Sequence record: PV467748.1
Length of the DNA: 64,000 nucleotides
Origin: a phage
Strand: one strand, 5' to 3'
Under the pieces are notes generated by a model that had not been told where the DNA came from, searched no databases, and saw only the letters and a list, made by a program, of their open reading frames with translations. Shown here one piece after another: positions 1-9,248 of this stretch. Position numbers and translations under genes: made by a program. Every line of letters begins with the position of its first letter. The first letter of the stretch is position 1.

Positions 1-2
1 TT

Positions 3-347
3 CTAGAGTTGTACATCACTTCTGCAATATTCTAAAAATAATTTATCATTGTCTACTGTATCCCAACGACGCCAAGATGGGTTCCAGACCAAAGCGTTGT
101 CACCACAATCATTGAGCTTAAAATGGTCGTAGTACATAGCTATATGTCTGGTTTCGTCGCCAGAGAACCCTAGTATAGGCTCACCATGAGTATGATACAT
201 ATGATGGTGCATTGAGAGGTCGCATTTGTAAAACATCTCACGTTTACCACGAATGAACAAGAAAGCTTGACCATTCATATAGAATTCTTTATCTGTTTTC
301 AAAAGATATTTGAATACCGAATCTTTATGCATAAGTCCTCCTACCAC
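3..347 (-). CDS. hypothetical protein, His-rich (HHHMYHTH)
   Basis: ORF track; first codon in track is non-ATG, an in-frame ATG (MHKD...) lies 5 codons in; no homolog recognised. Confidence 0.4.
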   Translation of the reverse strand: MVGGLMHKDSVFKYLLKTDKEFYMNGQAFLFIRGKREMFYKCDLSMHHHMYHTHGEPILGFSGDETRHIAMYYDHFKLNDCGDNALVWNPSWRRWDTVDNDKLFLEYCRSDVQL

Positions 348-362
348 ATCCTTGTGGTTAAA

Positions 363-590
363 TTATTTTCCTAACGAAACACGAGTAGGTTTTTTACCAA
401 AATAGTCTTCATAAGACCCATCTAAACGACCTGCTTTAGACCGACAATATGAATCGTACTTTTTGTAATAAGACATCTCAGTATTATACCGCGGGTGTCT
501 ATCAGACATAATAATACTTAACGGCCAACCTTTGGCATAATCGCGAAGACCATTTATTTTACGAATGTATCTTTTCTTTAATTTTAGCAT
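363..590 (-). CDS. hypothetical protein
   Basis: ORF track, ATG start, tightly packed with neighbours on same strand. Confidence 0.4.
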   Translation of the reverse strand: MLKLKKRYIRKINGLRDYAKGWPLSIIMSDRHPRYNTEMSYYKKYDSYCRSKAGRLDGSYEDYFGKKPTRVSLGK

Positions 591-808
591 GAGCTCGGAT
601 ACCAGATTTTACCATCGGCCTGGGCAACGAAGGTACGACCAGCTTCTTCACCATAACAAGAGCTATTCAGCCAATCTTCGAGACGAACTTCGCCGTCATA
701 ATCGTCGAGCTCAACACCAAAACTTTGAGCAGAAGCCATATCTTTTACTTTCTTATACAGTGCAGCCAGTTCAAGTGCCGCTTTTTCTAATTCATTAATA
801 TCAGACAT
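584..808 (-). CDS. small paralog family member D (C-terminus ...KIWYPSSC)
   Basis: ORF track 584..958 trimmed to first ATG after the upstream stop (MSDINELEK...); shares N-terminal helix and terminal W.SS.C with the three upstream ORFs. Confidence 0.5.
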   Translation of the reverse strand: MSDINELEKAALELAALYKKVKDMASAQSFGVELDDYDGEVRLEDWLNSSCYGEEAGRTFVAQADGKIWYPSSC

Positions 809-818
809 TTTTATCGCC

Positions 819-1031
819 TTAGCAAGACATAGAGGATGTAAACCAGAAACCTTCACCATCCGGGATACCGTAATCATCACGGGCCCATTCATAATCATCA
901 TATTCCGGATTCTTTGGAGAAATGTATTGTCCACGACCAGAAACATGGAACTCTTCACCCGTTTCGTCAGCCACGGCCTGGCCTTTACGTACTAATTCGC
1001 GGATTTGTTTTTCAATTTCATCAATAGTCAT
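819..1031 (-). CDS. small paralog family member C (C-terminus ...FWFTSSMSC)
   Basis: ORF track; ATG start 9 nt after upstream stop with GGAAA RBS; family motifs. Confidence 0.55.
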   Translation of the reverse strand: MTIDEIEKQIRELVRKGQAVADETGEEFHVSGRGQYISPKNPEYDDYEWARDDYGIPDGEGFWFTSSMSC

Positions 1032-1040
1032 TTTATTTCC

Positions 1041-1322
1041 TTAACATTCAGAAGAAGAGGACACCCAACCGCCATTTTCTAGGCTGGTGGTGTAATCATG
1101 CTGGTTTACAATAGCGTACTGGGCTTCACCGTATTCTTCCCAGTGGGCAAGGTCGGCTTTCAAGGCGCCAGGAGAATAATAGTCACCGCCCATACCGCGA
1201 GCAGGGTATATATTAAAATGAGTCTCATATTTGTCAGCAATTTCCTCAGCACGACGAATAGCTTTGTGGATATCATTTACTGCGTCAGCCAGCTCTTTAT
1301 TTTTATGGTAATCATTCATCAT
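1041..1322 (-). CDS. small paralog family member B (C-terminus ...GGWVSSSSEC)
   Basis: ORF track; ADKYE..GDYY..W.SSS.C motifs shared with member A. Confidence 0.6.
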   Translation of the reverse strand: MMNDYHKNKELADAVNDIHKAIRRAEEIADKYETHFNIYPARGMGGDYYSPGALKADLAHWEEYGEAQYAIVNQHDYTTSLENGGWVSSSSEC

Positions 1323-1331
1323 AAAATTTCC

Positions 1332-1622
1332 TTAGCACATTGCCGAAGAGGAGATCCAAGCACCAACTGTAACGACGCCATTTTCAACTTCACCACCGTT
1401 GTTTTCAATTTCATCTTTAAACCACTGGGAGCATTCATAACCAACAGGGTAGTATGTACGTCCTGAGCCATAATCACCTGTTCCGAATTGAATACCGTAC
1501 TTATCGGCAATAGCTTCACATTTGGATTCGATGGTATCCACTTTATTCAGAAGAGCATAGATAGCCTTTTCTGCAGATTTCTCGTCGTTGTGTTCTGGGA
1601 TTTCGATTTCAATTTTATTCAT
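1332..1622 (-). CDS. small paralog family member A (C-terminus ...GAWISSSAMC)
   Basis: ORF track; ATGA overlap with upstream gene stop; ADKYG..GDYG..W.SSS.C motifs. Confidence 0.6.
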   Translation of the reverse strand: MNKIEIEIPEHNDEKSAEKAIYALLNKVDTIESKCEAIADKYGIQFGTGDYGSGRTYYPVGYECSQWFKDEIENNGGEVENGVVTVGAWISSSAMC

Positions 1623-1969
1623 GATTTACATTCCTTAATAAAGGTTTCAAGGTCATTACGTTTGGTTTGTTTTACATACTCATTATAATTAGCCATCTCT
1701 AAAGCATATCTCTTTTTACGCGGCTTGTTTATCCTATTGGTGTTGATAATATCCAAGACCAGAGGGATAAAGTATCCTATTAAAGCTGGAACCCAAATCC
1801 AGGCAAGGTTCAATTCAAATAGGTTTTGTGTCGTATCATTAACGACTCCACCAGCAATTAGTCCAACAAATCCGGCAATCGTACCAGTGACAAGTCCAGC
1901 GAATAAAGAAATAGCGATATCATAATCTGCTAATGCGTAACCAGGGTCGGTTTTACTAGGCTTATACAT
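1619..1969 (-). CDS. small membrane protein (two predicted TM helices)
   Basis: ORF track 1619..2005 trimmed to ATG (MYKPSK...) preceded by AGAGG RBS; hydrophobic stretches. Confidence 0.5.
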   Translation of the reverse strand: MYKPSKTDPGYALADYDIAISLFAGLVTGTIAGFVGLIAGGVVNDTTQNLFELNLAWIWVPALIGYFIPLVLDIINTNRINKPRKKRYALEMANYNEYVKQTKRNDLETFIKECKS

Positions 1970-2498
1970 TTTGAACCTCTTTAGCGTATTCACGGCATTC
2001 AGCAATAAAACGATTAAGCTTCCGTTGTTGTTTACGACTTTCTAATGTGTACTCAGTAGTTAAGATACCAAGCTCGGCTTTATCATAATTTTTAATATCA
2101 GTGTAAGATGGGCGACGGTCGACCATTCCAAATACATCACCATTTTCTAAAGCTACATAGCATACTAAATGGTAATCATCGTCTGCTATATTAAGAAGCA
2201 CACAATCAGCGCTCTCGTTTAAAGAATATACTGAATAACGTAGTCCGGCGAATTCCACTCGTTGAATAGCCAGATTTACGTCAATAATTTCCAAAGCATC
2301 TTCAAAAGAAAGGTCTTCAGCTAAAGCAAAAATAAAAGGTAATTTGGTAGTATCGCCACGGCTAGATGTTCTGCTTAAGAAATCGTTTGAATAGCCTAGG
2401 TCTTGGCGAATTCTATAAAGAACTGAATTGGTTTCATGGGAAAGACCGCTATTTTTAAACCAATCAATATTAGATATCAAATTATCATATAAGCTCAT
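1962..2498 (-). CDS. hypothetical protein
   Basis: ORF track; ATG preceded by GGAGGAGAGGAG RBS. Confidence 0.55.
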   Translation of the reverse strand: MSLYDNLISNIDWFKNSGLSHETNSVLYRIRQDLGYSNDFLSRTSSRGDTTKLPFIFALAEDLSFEDALEIIDVNLAIQRVEFAGLRYSVYSLNESADCVLLNIADDDYHLVCYVALENGDVFGMVDRRPSYTDIKNYDKAELGILTTEYTLESRKQQRKLNRFIAECREYAKEVQNV

Positions 2499-2546
2499 AA
2501 TATTCTCCTCTCCTCCAAATAGGGAGACCGAAGTCTCCCGGTAATA

Positions 2547-3140
2547 TTACTTAAGTGAATTAATGTAGTCTTCGATATCAGCAGAAGTCGTATCCATTCC
2601 AACTTGTGGGCCTTTAAACGTTTCTACACGAAGCAGGGTATCTTCAATATCAATCTTAGTCAGTGCAGCGATTTCAACAACATCATCGGCAGTAGCAATA
2701 CCAAGGGCAGCCATATTACGAGTTTCACGGATGTACTCGAGCTTAACGGCTAGTTCCTGACGGGAGTCATCAAGTTCCTTGACCTTCAGTTTAATTTCAT
2801 TACGCATTTCGATATAATCATCGGCTTTCTTACGAAGTTGAGTAGCCGTACGACGGTAAAGGAGGCCAAGTTTAGCATGCACCTGAACATCAGAGCCTTC
2901 TTTAATCAGTTTACGAATTTCGCGTTCTTTAGAACTAGCCAGTTGGTCTTTTTCGTTAGCAAGTTCACGAATACGTTTTTCTTCATTCACCGACTTAACA
3001 TGAGCAGTCTGGAGTTCAGTAATTTTATCAATCAGGGTAGAAGCAGCTTTAGTATACTGGTCTTCGATTGACAGGTTCTGAGTCATTGCGGTACCCAGTT
3101 TAGAACGGATGAACTCAACAATTTTCTTTAAAGTATTCAT
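2547..3140 (-). CDS. coiled-coil protein (PspA-like architecture, speculative)
   Basis: ORF track 2547..3215 trimmed to ATG (MNTLKK...) with GAAGGA RBS; long heptad-like helical sequence. Confidence 0.5.
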   Translation of the reverse strand: MNTLKKIVEFIRSKLGTAMTQNLSIEDQYTKAASTLIDKITELQTAHVKSVNEEKRIRELANEKDQLASSKEREIRKLIKEGSDVQVHAKLGLLYRRTATQLRKKADDYIEMRNEIKLKVKELDDSRQELAVKLEYIRETRNMAALGIATADDVVEIAALTKIDIEDTLLRVETFKGPQVGMDTTSADIEDYINSLK

Positions 3141-3218
3141 AGTATTTCCTTCAGTTGGTTGGTATTTTGTAATCCATGAGGACATTATACCCTGTCCTCT
3201 GAGGGGTGTAAACATTTT

Positions 3219-3617
3219 TTATTTCATTTTTGCTAGGCAGATTTCATTGGCTTCCCATTGAGCTTGCTTAATAATAGCTTTGGATACAGGAACCCTTTGG
3301 CCATAAGTTTTTGACGTTGAGAGAACAATGTATTTGTTTGCTTCATTATGCCAGCCCCGTGATTTTTCGCCATGGGTGCCTTTAACTACAGCTGACACCT
3401 CAACAGAGCAACCACCATCAGAAATCTTGGTTTCGACAATCCATTCATTTCTCTCAGCAGCTTCAAGTTCCAATCTAGTTTTTTCTTCATACATCGCGGC
3501 CCAATCAGTTTTTGCCAAGTTGAAAGTAAGAGCTTTCTCTAATTCTTTGGCATATTTTTGTTGTTCAGGTGTTAATGAATTATACAACTCTTGCATTTCT
3601 TTATCTTCGATATTCAT
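3219..3617 (-). CDS. hypothetical protein
   Basis: ORF track; ATG with GAGGAG RBS; early-type promoter just upstream. Confidence 0.6.
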   Translation of the reverse strand: MNIEDKEMQELYNSLTPEQQKYAKELEKALTFNLAKTDWAAMYEEKTRLELEAAERNEWIVETKISDGGCSVEVSAVVKGTHGEKSRGWHNEANKYIVLSTSKTYGQRVPVSKAIIKQAQWEANEICLAKMK

Positions 3618-3642
3618 TATGTTCTCCTCAAATTATGGGCTC

Positions 3643-3672
3643 ATAATATCTTAATCATGGGCCCATGTAAAC
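3643..3672 (-). promoter_or_regulatory. T4 early-type promoter (-35 GTTTAC, 18 nt, -10 TATTAT)
   Basis: Read on minus strand: GTTTACATGGGCCCATGATTAAGATATTAT upstream of the 3219..3617 gene; coordinates approximate. Confidence 0.5.
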
Positions 3673-3675
3673 GTT

Positions 3676-3942
3676 TTATTTCATATTATTGAAATAATCT
3701 TCCGCATCAAAATCATTATCATGATAAACTTTGGTAGACAATTTAACATAACCTTCGGCAGCGAACATATTAACCACAACCTTTACAGTATACCATTGTC
3801 CATCATCTTCATTACCCATTACTGCATAGGTTTCATACACCGGGTGTTCAGGACCGACAACCTTAATATCGTTAACTGTGGCACCAAATTCTTCCGGAAC
3901 ACATTTCATAAAGAAATTAAACACTTCACCATAATTATCCAT
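3676..3942 (-). CDS. hypothetical protein
   Basis: ORF track 3676..3957 begins with GTG inside the RBS; trimmed to ATG (MDNYGE...) preceded by GAAGGAG. Confidence 0.55.
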   Translation of the reverse strand: MDNYGEVFNFFMKCVPEEFGATVNDIKVVGPEHPVYETYAVMGNEDDGQWYTVKVVVNMFAAEGYVKLSTKVYHDNDFDAEDYFNNMK

Positions 3943-3961
3943 TTTACTCTCCTTCACTCTG

Positions 3962-4006
3962 TTGTTTTGATAGGTCTATAGTATCATGTTCTACGAAAGA
4001 GTAAAC
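3962..4006 (-). promoter_or_regulatory. conserved early promoter/leader element, copy 1 (GTTTAC-N17-TACTAT-AGACCTATCAAAACA)
   Basis: Near-identical block recurs at about 7192, 7536 and 42304, each directly upstream of a minus-strand gene start. Confidence 0.55.
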
Positions 4007-4028
4007 ATCTTTTTAAACCTTTTAGAAA

Positions 4029-4057
4029 CAAAAAAGGCCCAACCTTTCGGAAGGGCC
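4029..4057 (-). terminator. rho-independent terminator (hairpin GGCCCTTCCGAAAGGTTGGGCC + T-run on minus strand)
   Basis: Forward strand reads AAAAAAGGCCCAACCTTTCGGAAGGGCC; sits just downstream of the 4063..4617 gene. Confidence 0.6.
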
Positions 4058-4062
4058 TAGAA

Positions 4063-4617
4063 TCAGTTCTTGTAGAACCGGAATGGGTTTATGTGGAAGG
4101 CTAACATAGCCTTAGGGATTTTACGAGACAAAAGGCTCTTAAGCTTCCAACCACAGTACACGCGAAGGTAAAAGGTAATCCCACCAACCTTAAGATATGG
4201 AACTGAAGCAAATACACCCCAGGCGTCGTCATTCCACATCCATAACCACCCGTGATGAGCTTTATCAGGAGAACCGGATTCCACGTCGGGATTACCTCGA
4301 TAATGGAATTCCGAGCTACAATCACGACCGAGTTTATGGTAAGCAAAGTTATAAGCTTTATTTCGCCATAGCCAAGCTACTCTCTGAAGATAAACGCCGC
4401 CCGGCATTTTCCTGATGTTAGCCCAACGTTTAATATGACCTTTATCACCGTCAATTGGATTATCGTATGTCATCATCCAATCAAAGCCGTACGGTAATTT
4501 ACCTGTCTTTTTATTGTGGAAAGGAACCACAAATGGTGCAAGGATAACAGCCAGAACCATAGAGATAAAATCTAGTGGGACCAACAGAACCCAACTCAAA
4601 TATTTTAAAAGTTTCAT
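4063..4617 (-). CDS. membrane-anchored protein, Trp-rich (N-terminal TM helix)
   Basis: ORF track 4063..4722 overlaps the upstream gene; trimmed to first ATG after it (MKLLKYLSWVLLVPLDF...). Confidence 0.5.
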   Translation of the reverse strand: MKLLKYLSWVLLVPLDFISMVLAVILAPFVVPFHNKKTGKLPYGFDWMMTYDNPIDGDKGHIKRWANIRKMPGGVYLQRVAWLWRNKAYNFAYHKLGRDCSSEFHYRGNPDVESGSPDKAHHGWLWMWNDDAWGVFASVPYLKVGGITFYLRVYCGWKLKSLLSRKIPKAMLAFHINPFRFYKN

Positions 4618-4636
4618 ATATTTCTCTAAGTTAACC

Positions 4637-4660
4637 AAAAAGCCCCAGATGGGGCTTTCG
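4637..4660 (-). terminator. terminator-like hairpin (AGCCCCATCTGGGGCT + T-run on minus strand)
   Basis: Forward AAAAAGCCCCAGATGGGGCTTT immediately after the stop of the 4661..5125 gene. Confidence 0.45.
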
Positions 4661-5125
4661 TTATTTGATTTGTTTAGCAGACCAGATACGGTCTTTGATG
4701 ATTTTCTGAATATCTTCAACATACTCTAAGTCGTGAGCATGCGGATTATCTTTGAAGCTATGTGCTCGTGCCAGTTTCTGGCCTTCTGTTTTGATTACTA
4801 AAAGCTCTTTAAGAATTGCTTCATACTTAGAAATAATTCCTTTGGCGATATTTTTTTCTTGAGCGGCTTTAGGGTCCGCTTTTGTCGCAGGTGCTTTACC
4901 TGTAGCTTTCTGGAACAATTCACCTGATGCAGCTAGGCTTTTAAAAACTCGGCTAACAGTATTAGCATTAGTAAAACCTTCGGCTTTAAAATCTTTAATA
5001 AAACGGAAACGTTCTTCATCAGAGGCGTCTTTGTAAGAATATTTACCTGCTTGAATTGCTGCAATAGCAGCGGCTTTTACATCTGAACTAGATTGTTCGG
5101 TCAAAAATTCATTGTAAGTTTTCAT
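4661..5125 (-). CDS. internal head protein with capsid-targeting sequence (MKTYNEFLTE|Q), Lys/Ala-rich
   Basis: N-terminus matches the T4 IPI/IPII/IPIII capsid-targeting sequence MKTYQEFIAE with an L-x-E cleavage motif; basic composition like T4 IPIII. Confidence 0.7.
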   Translation of the reverse strand: MKTYNEFLTEQSSSDVKAAAIAAIQAGKYSYKDASDEERFRFIKDFKAEGFTNANTVSRVFKSLAASGELFQKATGKAPATKADPKAAQEKNIAKGIISKYEAILKELLVIKTEGQKLARAHSFKDNPHAHDLEYVEDIQKIIKDRIWSAKQIK

Positions 5126-5165
5126 TATTATTTCCTAAGTTAATTAACTTATCTATTTATTATGC

Positions 5166-5194
5166 CAAAAAGCCCCAACCTTTCGGAAGGGGCT
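5166..5194 (-). terminator. rho-independent terminator (variant of the GGCCC..GGGCC hairpin) downstream of the tRNA cluster
   Basis: Forward AAAAAGCCCCAACCTTTCGGAAGGGGCT; T-run on minus strand. Confidence 0.55.
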
Positions 5195-5244
5195 ATGCCT
5201 TGCGGCAACCTTGTCGGGGTTCCACCTGCTAAGGCAAGTGTTTG

Positions 5245-5576
5245 TACGAAACGCCGGGATTCGAACCCGGTTATTAAGTAGTTGACGCTACTCAATATTT
5301 TTAAAAGGCCATATCTCGACCATATCCGAACGTTCCGTCAAAAACGCTACTCGGCTTACGGCAAAGATATTTCCTCGAATCGATAATTCTGTGCGCCGTT
5401 TCTGCTGTGATGTAAGGGGACGTTAACAGATCGTAAAGATTTGTTAATGCCAGTCCTTACTCAGGGAACATCAGTCCGACGACTTACCGGTAGCGACCCG
5501 GTTTCTTGTTTGTTGCGCCGGTGAATGCTGGTAATCAGTCTTCATACGACGGCTTGACTATATAATAGTCTTCATT
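5245..5576 (-). ncRNA. untranslated region with tRNA-like 3' element; possible small stable RNAs (T4 species 1/2-like) or degenerate tRNA
   Basis: No ORF over about 330 nt; minus strand carries a perfect T-arm CCGGGTTCGAATCCCGG near 5251..5270 with pairable acceptor strands CGGAACG/CGTTTCG, but I could not fold a canonical D or anticodon arm. Confidence 0.3.
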
Positions 5577-5651
5577 TGGTATCCCGCCCTGGGATCGAAC
5601 CAGGACCGCAAACTTAGAAGGATCGTATGCTATCCATTACACCAGCGGGAC
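5577..5651 (-). tRNA. tRNA-Arg (anticodon TCT), CCA encoded
   Basis: Minus strand: acceptor GTCCCGC/GCGGGAT, T-arm CCTGG-TTCGATC-CCAGG, anticodon loop CTTCTAA, 3' ACCA; T4 encodes a tRNA-Arg(UCU); anticodon stem has one mismatch. Confidence 0.75.
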
Positions 5652-5656
5652 GTAGT

Positions 5657-5733
5657 TGGTGACCCAGACCAGATTTGAACTGGTAACCTTTCCCTTATGA
5701 GGGGACTGCTGCTAACCATTGAGCTACAGGGCC
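5657..5733 (-). tRNA. tRNA with CAT anticodon (Met or Ile-lysidine type), CCA encoded
   Basis: Minus strand: GGCCCTGTAGCTCAATGG...CCCCTCATAAGGG...GGTTCAAATCTGG...CACCA; anticodon loop CTCATAA. Confidence 0.75.
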
Positions 5734-5818
5734 TTAATTCTATTATGAAAGGCTCTTTGAGGGAAGAACCTTTGGTAATAGAGGGTATTAATGATAGAGT
5801 AATAATATCATATAATTC

Positions 5819-6295
5819 TTAAAGCATATCAAGTGCTTTCACATCAGGAATTTTAATTTCTTCTTCAATGATATACAGCTTGACATAAGAAATTACACGG
5901 ATAAAATCGCCATCATATTCACAAGCCATACCAAGGAGCTCAGTAAGGGCTTCATTCAAGTAGTATTCTTCCTCGTCGTCATTCAGCAAAGCTTCTAAGT
6001 CTTGGACCCAAAGGACTTTATCTAAAAATTCAGGAGTCAACTGGCCTGATTTTACACCAGATTCAATGTGAGCAATAACCAAGTGCTTAACTACGTCCCA
6101 TTCCGAATTACCACATTTATCCGGGTTGTTGCAATGCGAACCATGGAAAAGTTCTAGGATATATTTGTACTGTTGGATTTCATGTTCTTCTACGCCAAAT
6201 ACAGTCTGGGTTTTATAGTTATCGCCATCATTTTCCCAGGTTTCAATTTCAATCGCATAACCTTTAGGGATAGTTTGTCCGAATTTAATATTCAT
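5819..6295 (-). CDS. hypothetical protein
   Basis: ORF track 5819..6304 begins with GTG; trimmed to ATG overlapping upstream stop (ATGA). Confidence 0.55.
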   Translation of the reverse strand: MNIKFGQTIPKGYAIEIETWENDGDNYKTQTVFGVEEHEIQQYKYILELFHGSHCNNPDKCGNSEWDVVKHLVIAHIESGVKSGQLTPEFLDKVLWVQDLEALLNDDEEEYYLNEALTELLGMACEYDGDFIRVISYVKLYIIEEEIKIPDVKALDML

Positions 6296-6582
6296 TGCGG
6301 CCACATATTAATGTAATCAAGTTTAATAGAAGCAATCTTCAAAGGATTTTTAAAGATGTCGTATTCGACCAATCCGTTTTCAGTTGCGGTGTAGAAAGTA
6401 AAGTTAACAGAATTATAACGGCGACCATTAACTTTTAGTTTAACGTCGCTTGAACTACGACCAATATTAACCTGTTGGACATCAAGCACAGCATCTTTGC
6501 CAAAGTTGCGAATCAGTAGCTCTGCTGCAACCTGGTCTGAATTATATCCATTCTCTGGATTAGTAACCTTAACGTATAACAT
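6292..6582 (-). CDS. hypothetical protein
   Basis: ORF track; ATG adjacent to upstream stop. Confidence 0.55.
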   Translation of the reverse strand: MLYVKVTNPENGYNSDQVAAELLIRNFGKDAVLDVQQVNIGRSSSDVKLKVNGRRYNSVNFTFYTATENGLVEYDIFKNPLKIASIKLDYINMWPQ

Positions 6583-6984
6583 TTAACCCTCGTCTACAAT
6601 AGTATGGGTATTAGCATTAACAATCTGCCACCAGTCAAAACGATCGGAGCCGTAAAGAAACTTATTCTCGTTTTCTTTAACAATTTCACGTAGTTCATCT
6701 TCAGTGGCAGCTTTAGCGATTAAATCGGTATAGCCACCACGTGGATAGTAGTTATCACCCGCGAACAGAAGGAAATTTACTTTACCAGAAGGAACATATG
6801 CTTCCTTAGGATACTTGTTTCCTGCTTGGTCTACCACTTCAATATAACGGTAAGGAATATCAGTACTTTCAACCCATTGCCAAGCCGCAGCAGGGGATTC
6901 AAAAGCATCTACACCTAAACGGTTATCTTCATCTTTAGACGGATTATTTTCATAATCCGCATATACATAATATTCAACGTTCAT
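6583..6984 (-). CDS. hypothetical protein
   Basis: ORF track; TAATG coupling with upstream gene. Confidence 0.55.
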   Translation of the reverse strand: MNVEYYVYADYENNPSKDEDNRLGVDAFESPAAAWQWVESTDIPYRYIEVVDQAGNKYPKEAYVPSGKVNFLLFAGDNYYPRGGYTDLIAKAATEDELREIVKENENKFLYGSDRFDWWQIVNANTHTIVDEG

Positions 6985-7169
6985 TATTCACCTTTAGAGA
7001 TTTTATCCATAACGAAAGAAATTGAACCAATTAAGAATGCCACTACTAAAGAAATTATATTCTCGGAAGTTGAAAGCATATCGAGCATGAATCCTGTAAA
7101 CATACTAAAGCCAAAAGCGGTAACAGCGGCCAGTGCAGTAACATTTCTAATTAATTCACAACGTTTCAT
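6984..7169 (-). CDS. small membrane protein
   Basis: ORF track 6984..7181 begins with TTG; trimmed to ATG (MKRCEL...) after GGAG; two hydrophobic helices. Confidence 0.5.
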   Translation of the reverse strand: MKRCELIRNVTALAAVTAFGFSMFTGFMLDMLSTSENIISLVVAFLIGSISFVMDKISKGE

Positions 7170-7191
7170 TTTATTCTCCAATCACTCATTT

Positions 7192-7235
7192 GTTTTGATA
7201 GGACTATAGTACCATCACTAAAGCCCGTTGTAAAC
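7192..7235 (-). promoter_or_regulatory. conserved early promoter/leader element, copy 2
   Basis: GTTTAC-N18-TACTAT-AGTCCTATCAAAACA on minus strand, upstream of the 6984..7169 gene. Confidence 0.55.
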
Positions 7236-7237
7236 AA

Positions 7238-7510
7238 TTATTTTAAATAAATTGCATATTTTTTATAACCAGCTGTCTCGTGGCGCAGCCCTTTTTCATT
7301 AGCAAAACGTTCAATATTATTGATTTGATTCTGGTCAAGTTCTGACGTGTCAAATACAAAAAAGTTTCGCTTGTTGCCTAAAGTTACATGATTAGTCAAA
7401 TCGATGTTATAGAGATGATTTATATTATCAATCATGGTCTTAACAGATTTGTTAATTTTTGCTTCTTCATTAAGAATAGATTCAGCGATAAATTCTTGAT
7501 AAGTTTTCAT
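7238..7510 (-). CDS. internal head protein with capsid-targeting sequence (MKTYQEFIAE|S), IPI-like size
   Basis: ORF track 7238..7555 trimmed to MKTYQEFIAE, which is identical to the T4 internal-protein capsid-targeting sequence as I recall it. Confidence 0.7.
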   Translation of the reverse strand: MKTYQEFIAESILNEEAKINKSVKTMIDNINHLYNIDLTNHVTLGNKRNFFVFDTSELDQNQINNIERFANEKGLRHETAGYKKYAIYLK

Positions 7511-7535
7511 TTTGATTTCCGTGTGGTTGGTTTGT

Positions 7536-7576
7536 TTTGATAGGTCTATAGGCATGATACTATAGACCTTGTAAAC
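7536..7576 (-). promoter_or_regulatory. conserved early promoter/leader element, copy 3
   Basis: GTTTAC ... TATAGACCTATCAAAACA on minus strand, upstream of the internal-protein gene at 7238..7510. Confidence 0.5.
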
Positions 7577-7587
7577 ACCTTTTTAAA

Positions 7588-8486
<899 letters not shown>

Positions 8487-8494
<8 letters not shown>

Positions 8495-9248
8495 TTTTAT
8501 TTCCTAATAATTTATCAATAGTGGTGTATAGTTCAGAAAGAGTGCCGTTATTTTCAACAACAACGTCACCAGGTAAAATTGGTAGACCCGCTTCAGTGAT
8601 GTGCGAGTCTTGTACTTGACCGGTTTCAGCGCGAACTACATGAATAATCGTAGCACCCATCGCTCTGAGCGAATCAATTTCGTGTGTTTGACGAACATCA
8701 GGTACGACATAGTATTTCGCATCAGAGTATATTTTATCAAAATAGTCTAAAGCGAACAACTTAACCCAATACATCTTATCAAATTGGTTAACAATAATGT
8801 CGGTCCCAAGGGTCTGCATGAGACGACGTACTGACCAATTGTTATTTTTATTTATTACTTCAAATAGCTGGTCTTTTGTTTCTTCAGACAGATACTGGAC
8901 CGGGGTAAGACCATAATGATATGCGGTACGAATGTCCATTCCTGGAATAGGAAGGATATTATTCAGTTTGACAATAGCATGTTCAAAAATATCAACCACA
9001 TCATATGGTTTTAAAGGAAGGATTTCTTCACGGTCGTAACCGATACCTTCAAAACAGTTGAAATCCAGTTTAGGCATATAACTACGGTCGAATACAGGGT
9101 CATCAGAGATGTATTCATAGGCTTCAGCCAGATACTTTTTAATAGGACCCGCGAGCTGAAATTTTACCGAATCCATATTTTCGATTACATAGTTAGCAAC
9201 GGTATCCTTACCGCTACGTTTGATTCCTACAATTGATATTAGTTTCAT
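8487..9248 (-). CDS. 1: deoxynucleoside monophosphate kinase (gp1)
   Basis: N-terminal P-loop MKLISIVGIKRSGKDT; size and position as T4 gene 1. Confidence 0.85.

Noticed and set aside
5245-5340. A third canonical tRNA (type II, Ser or Leu)
   Set aside because: T-arm and acceptor strands are present, but I could not fold a D-arm or a 5-bp anticodon stem with a 7-nt loop by hand; kept only as a low-confidence tRNA-like ncRNA.
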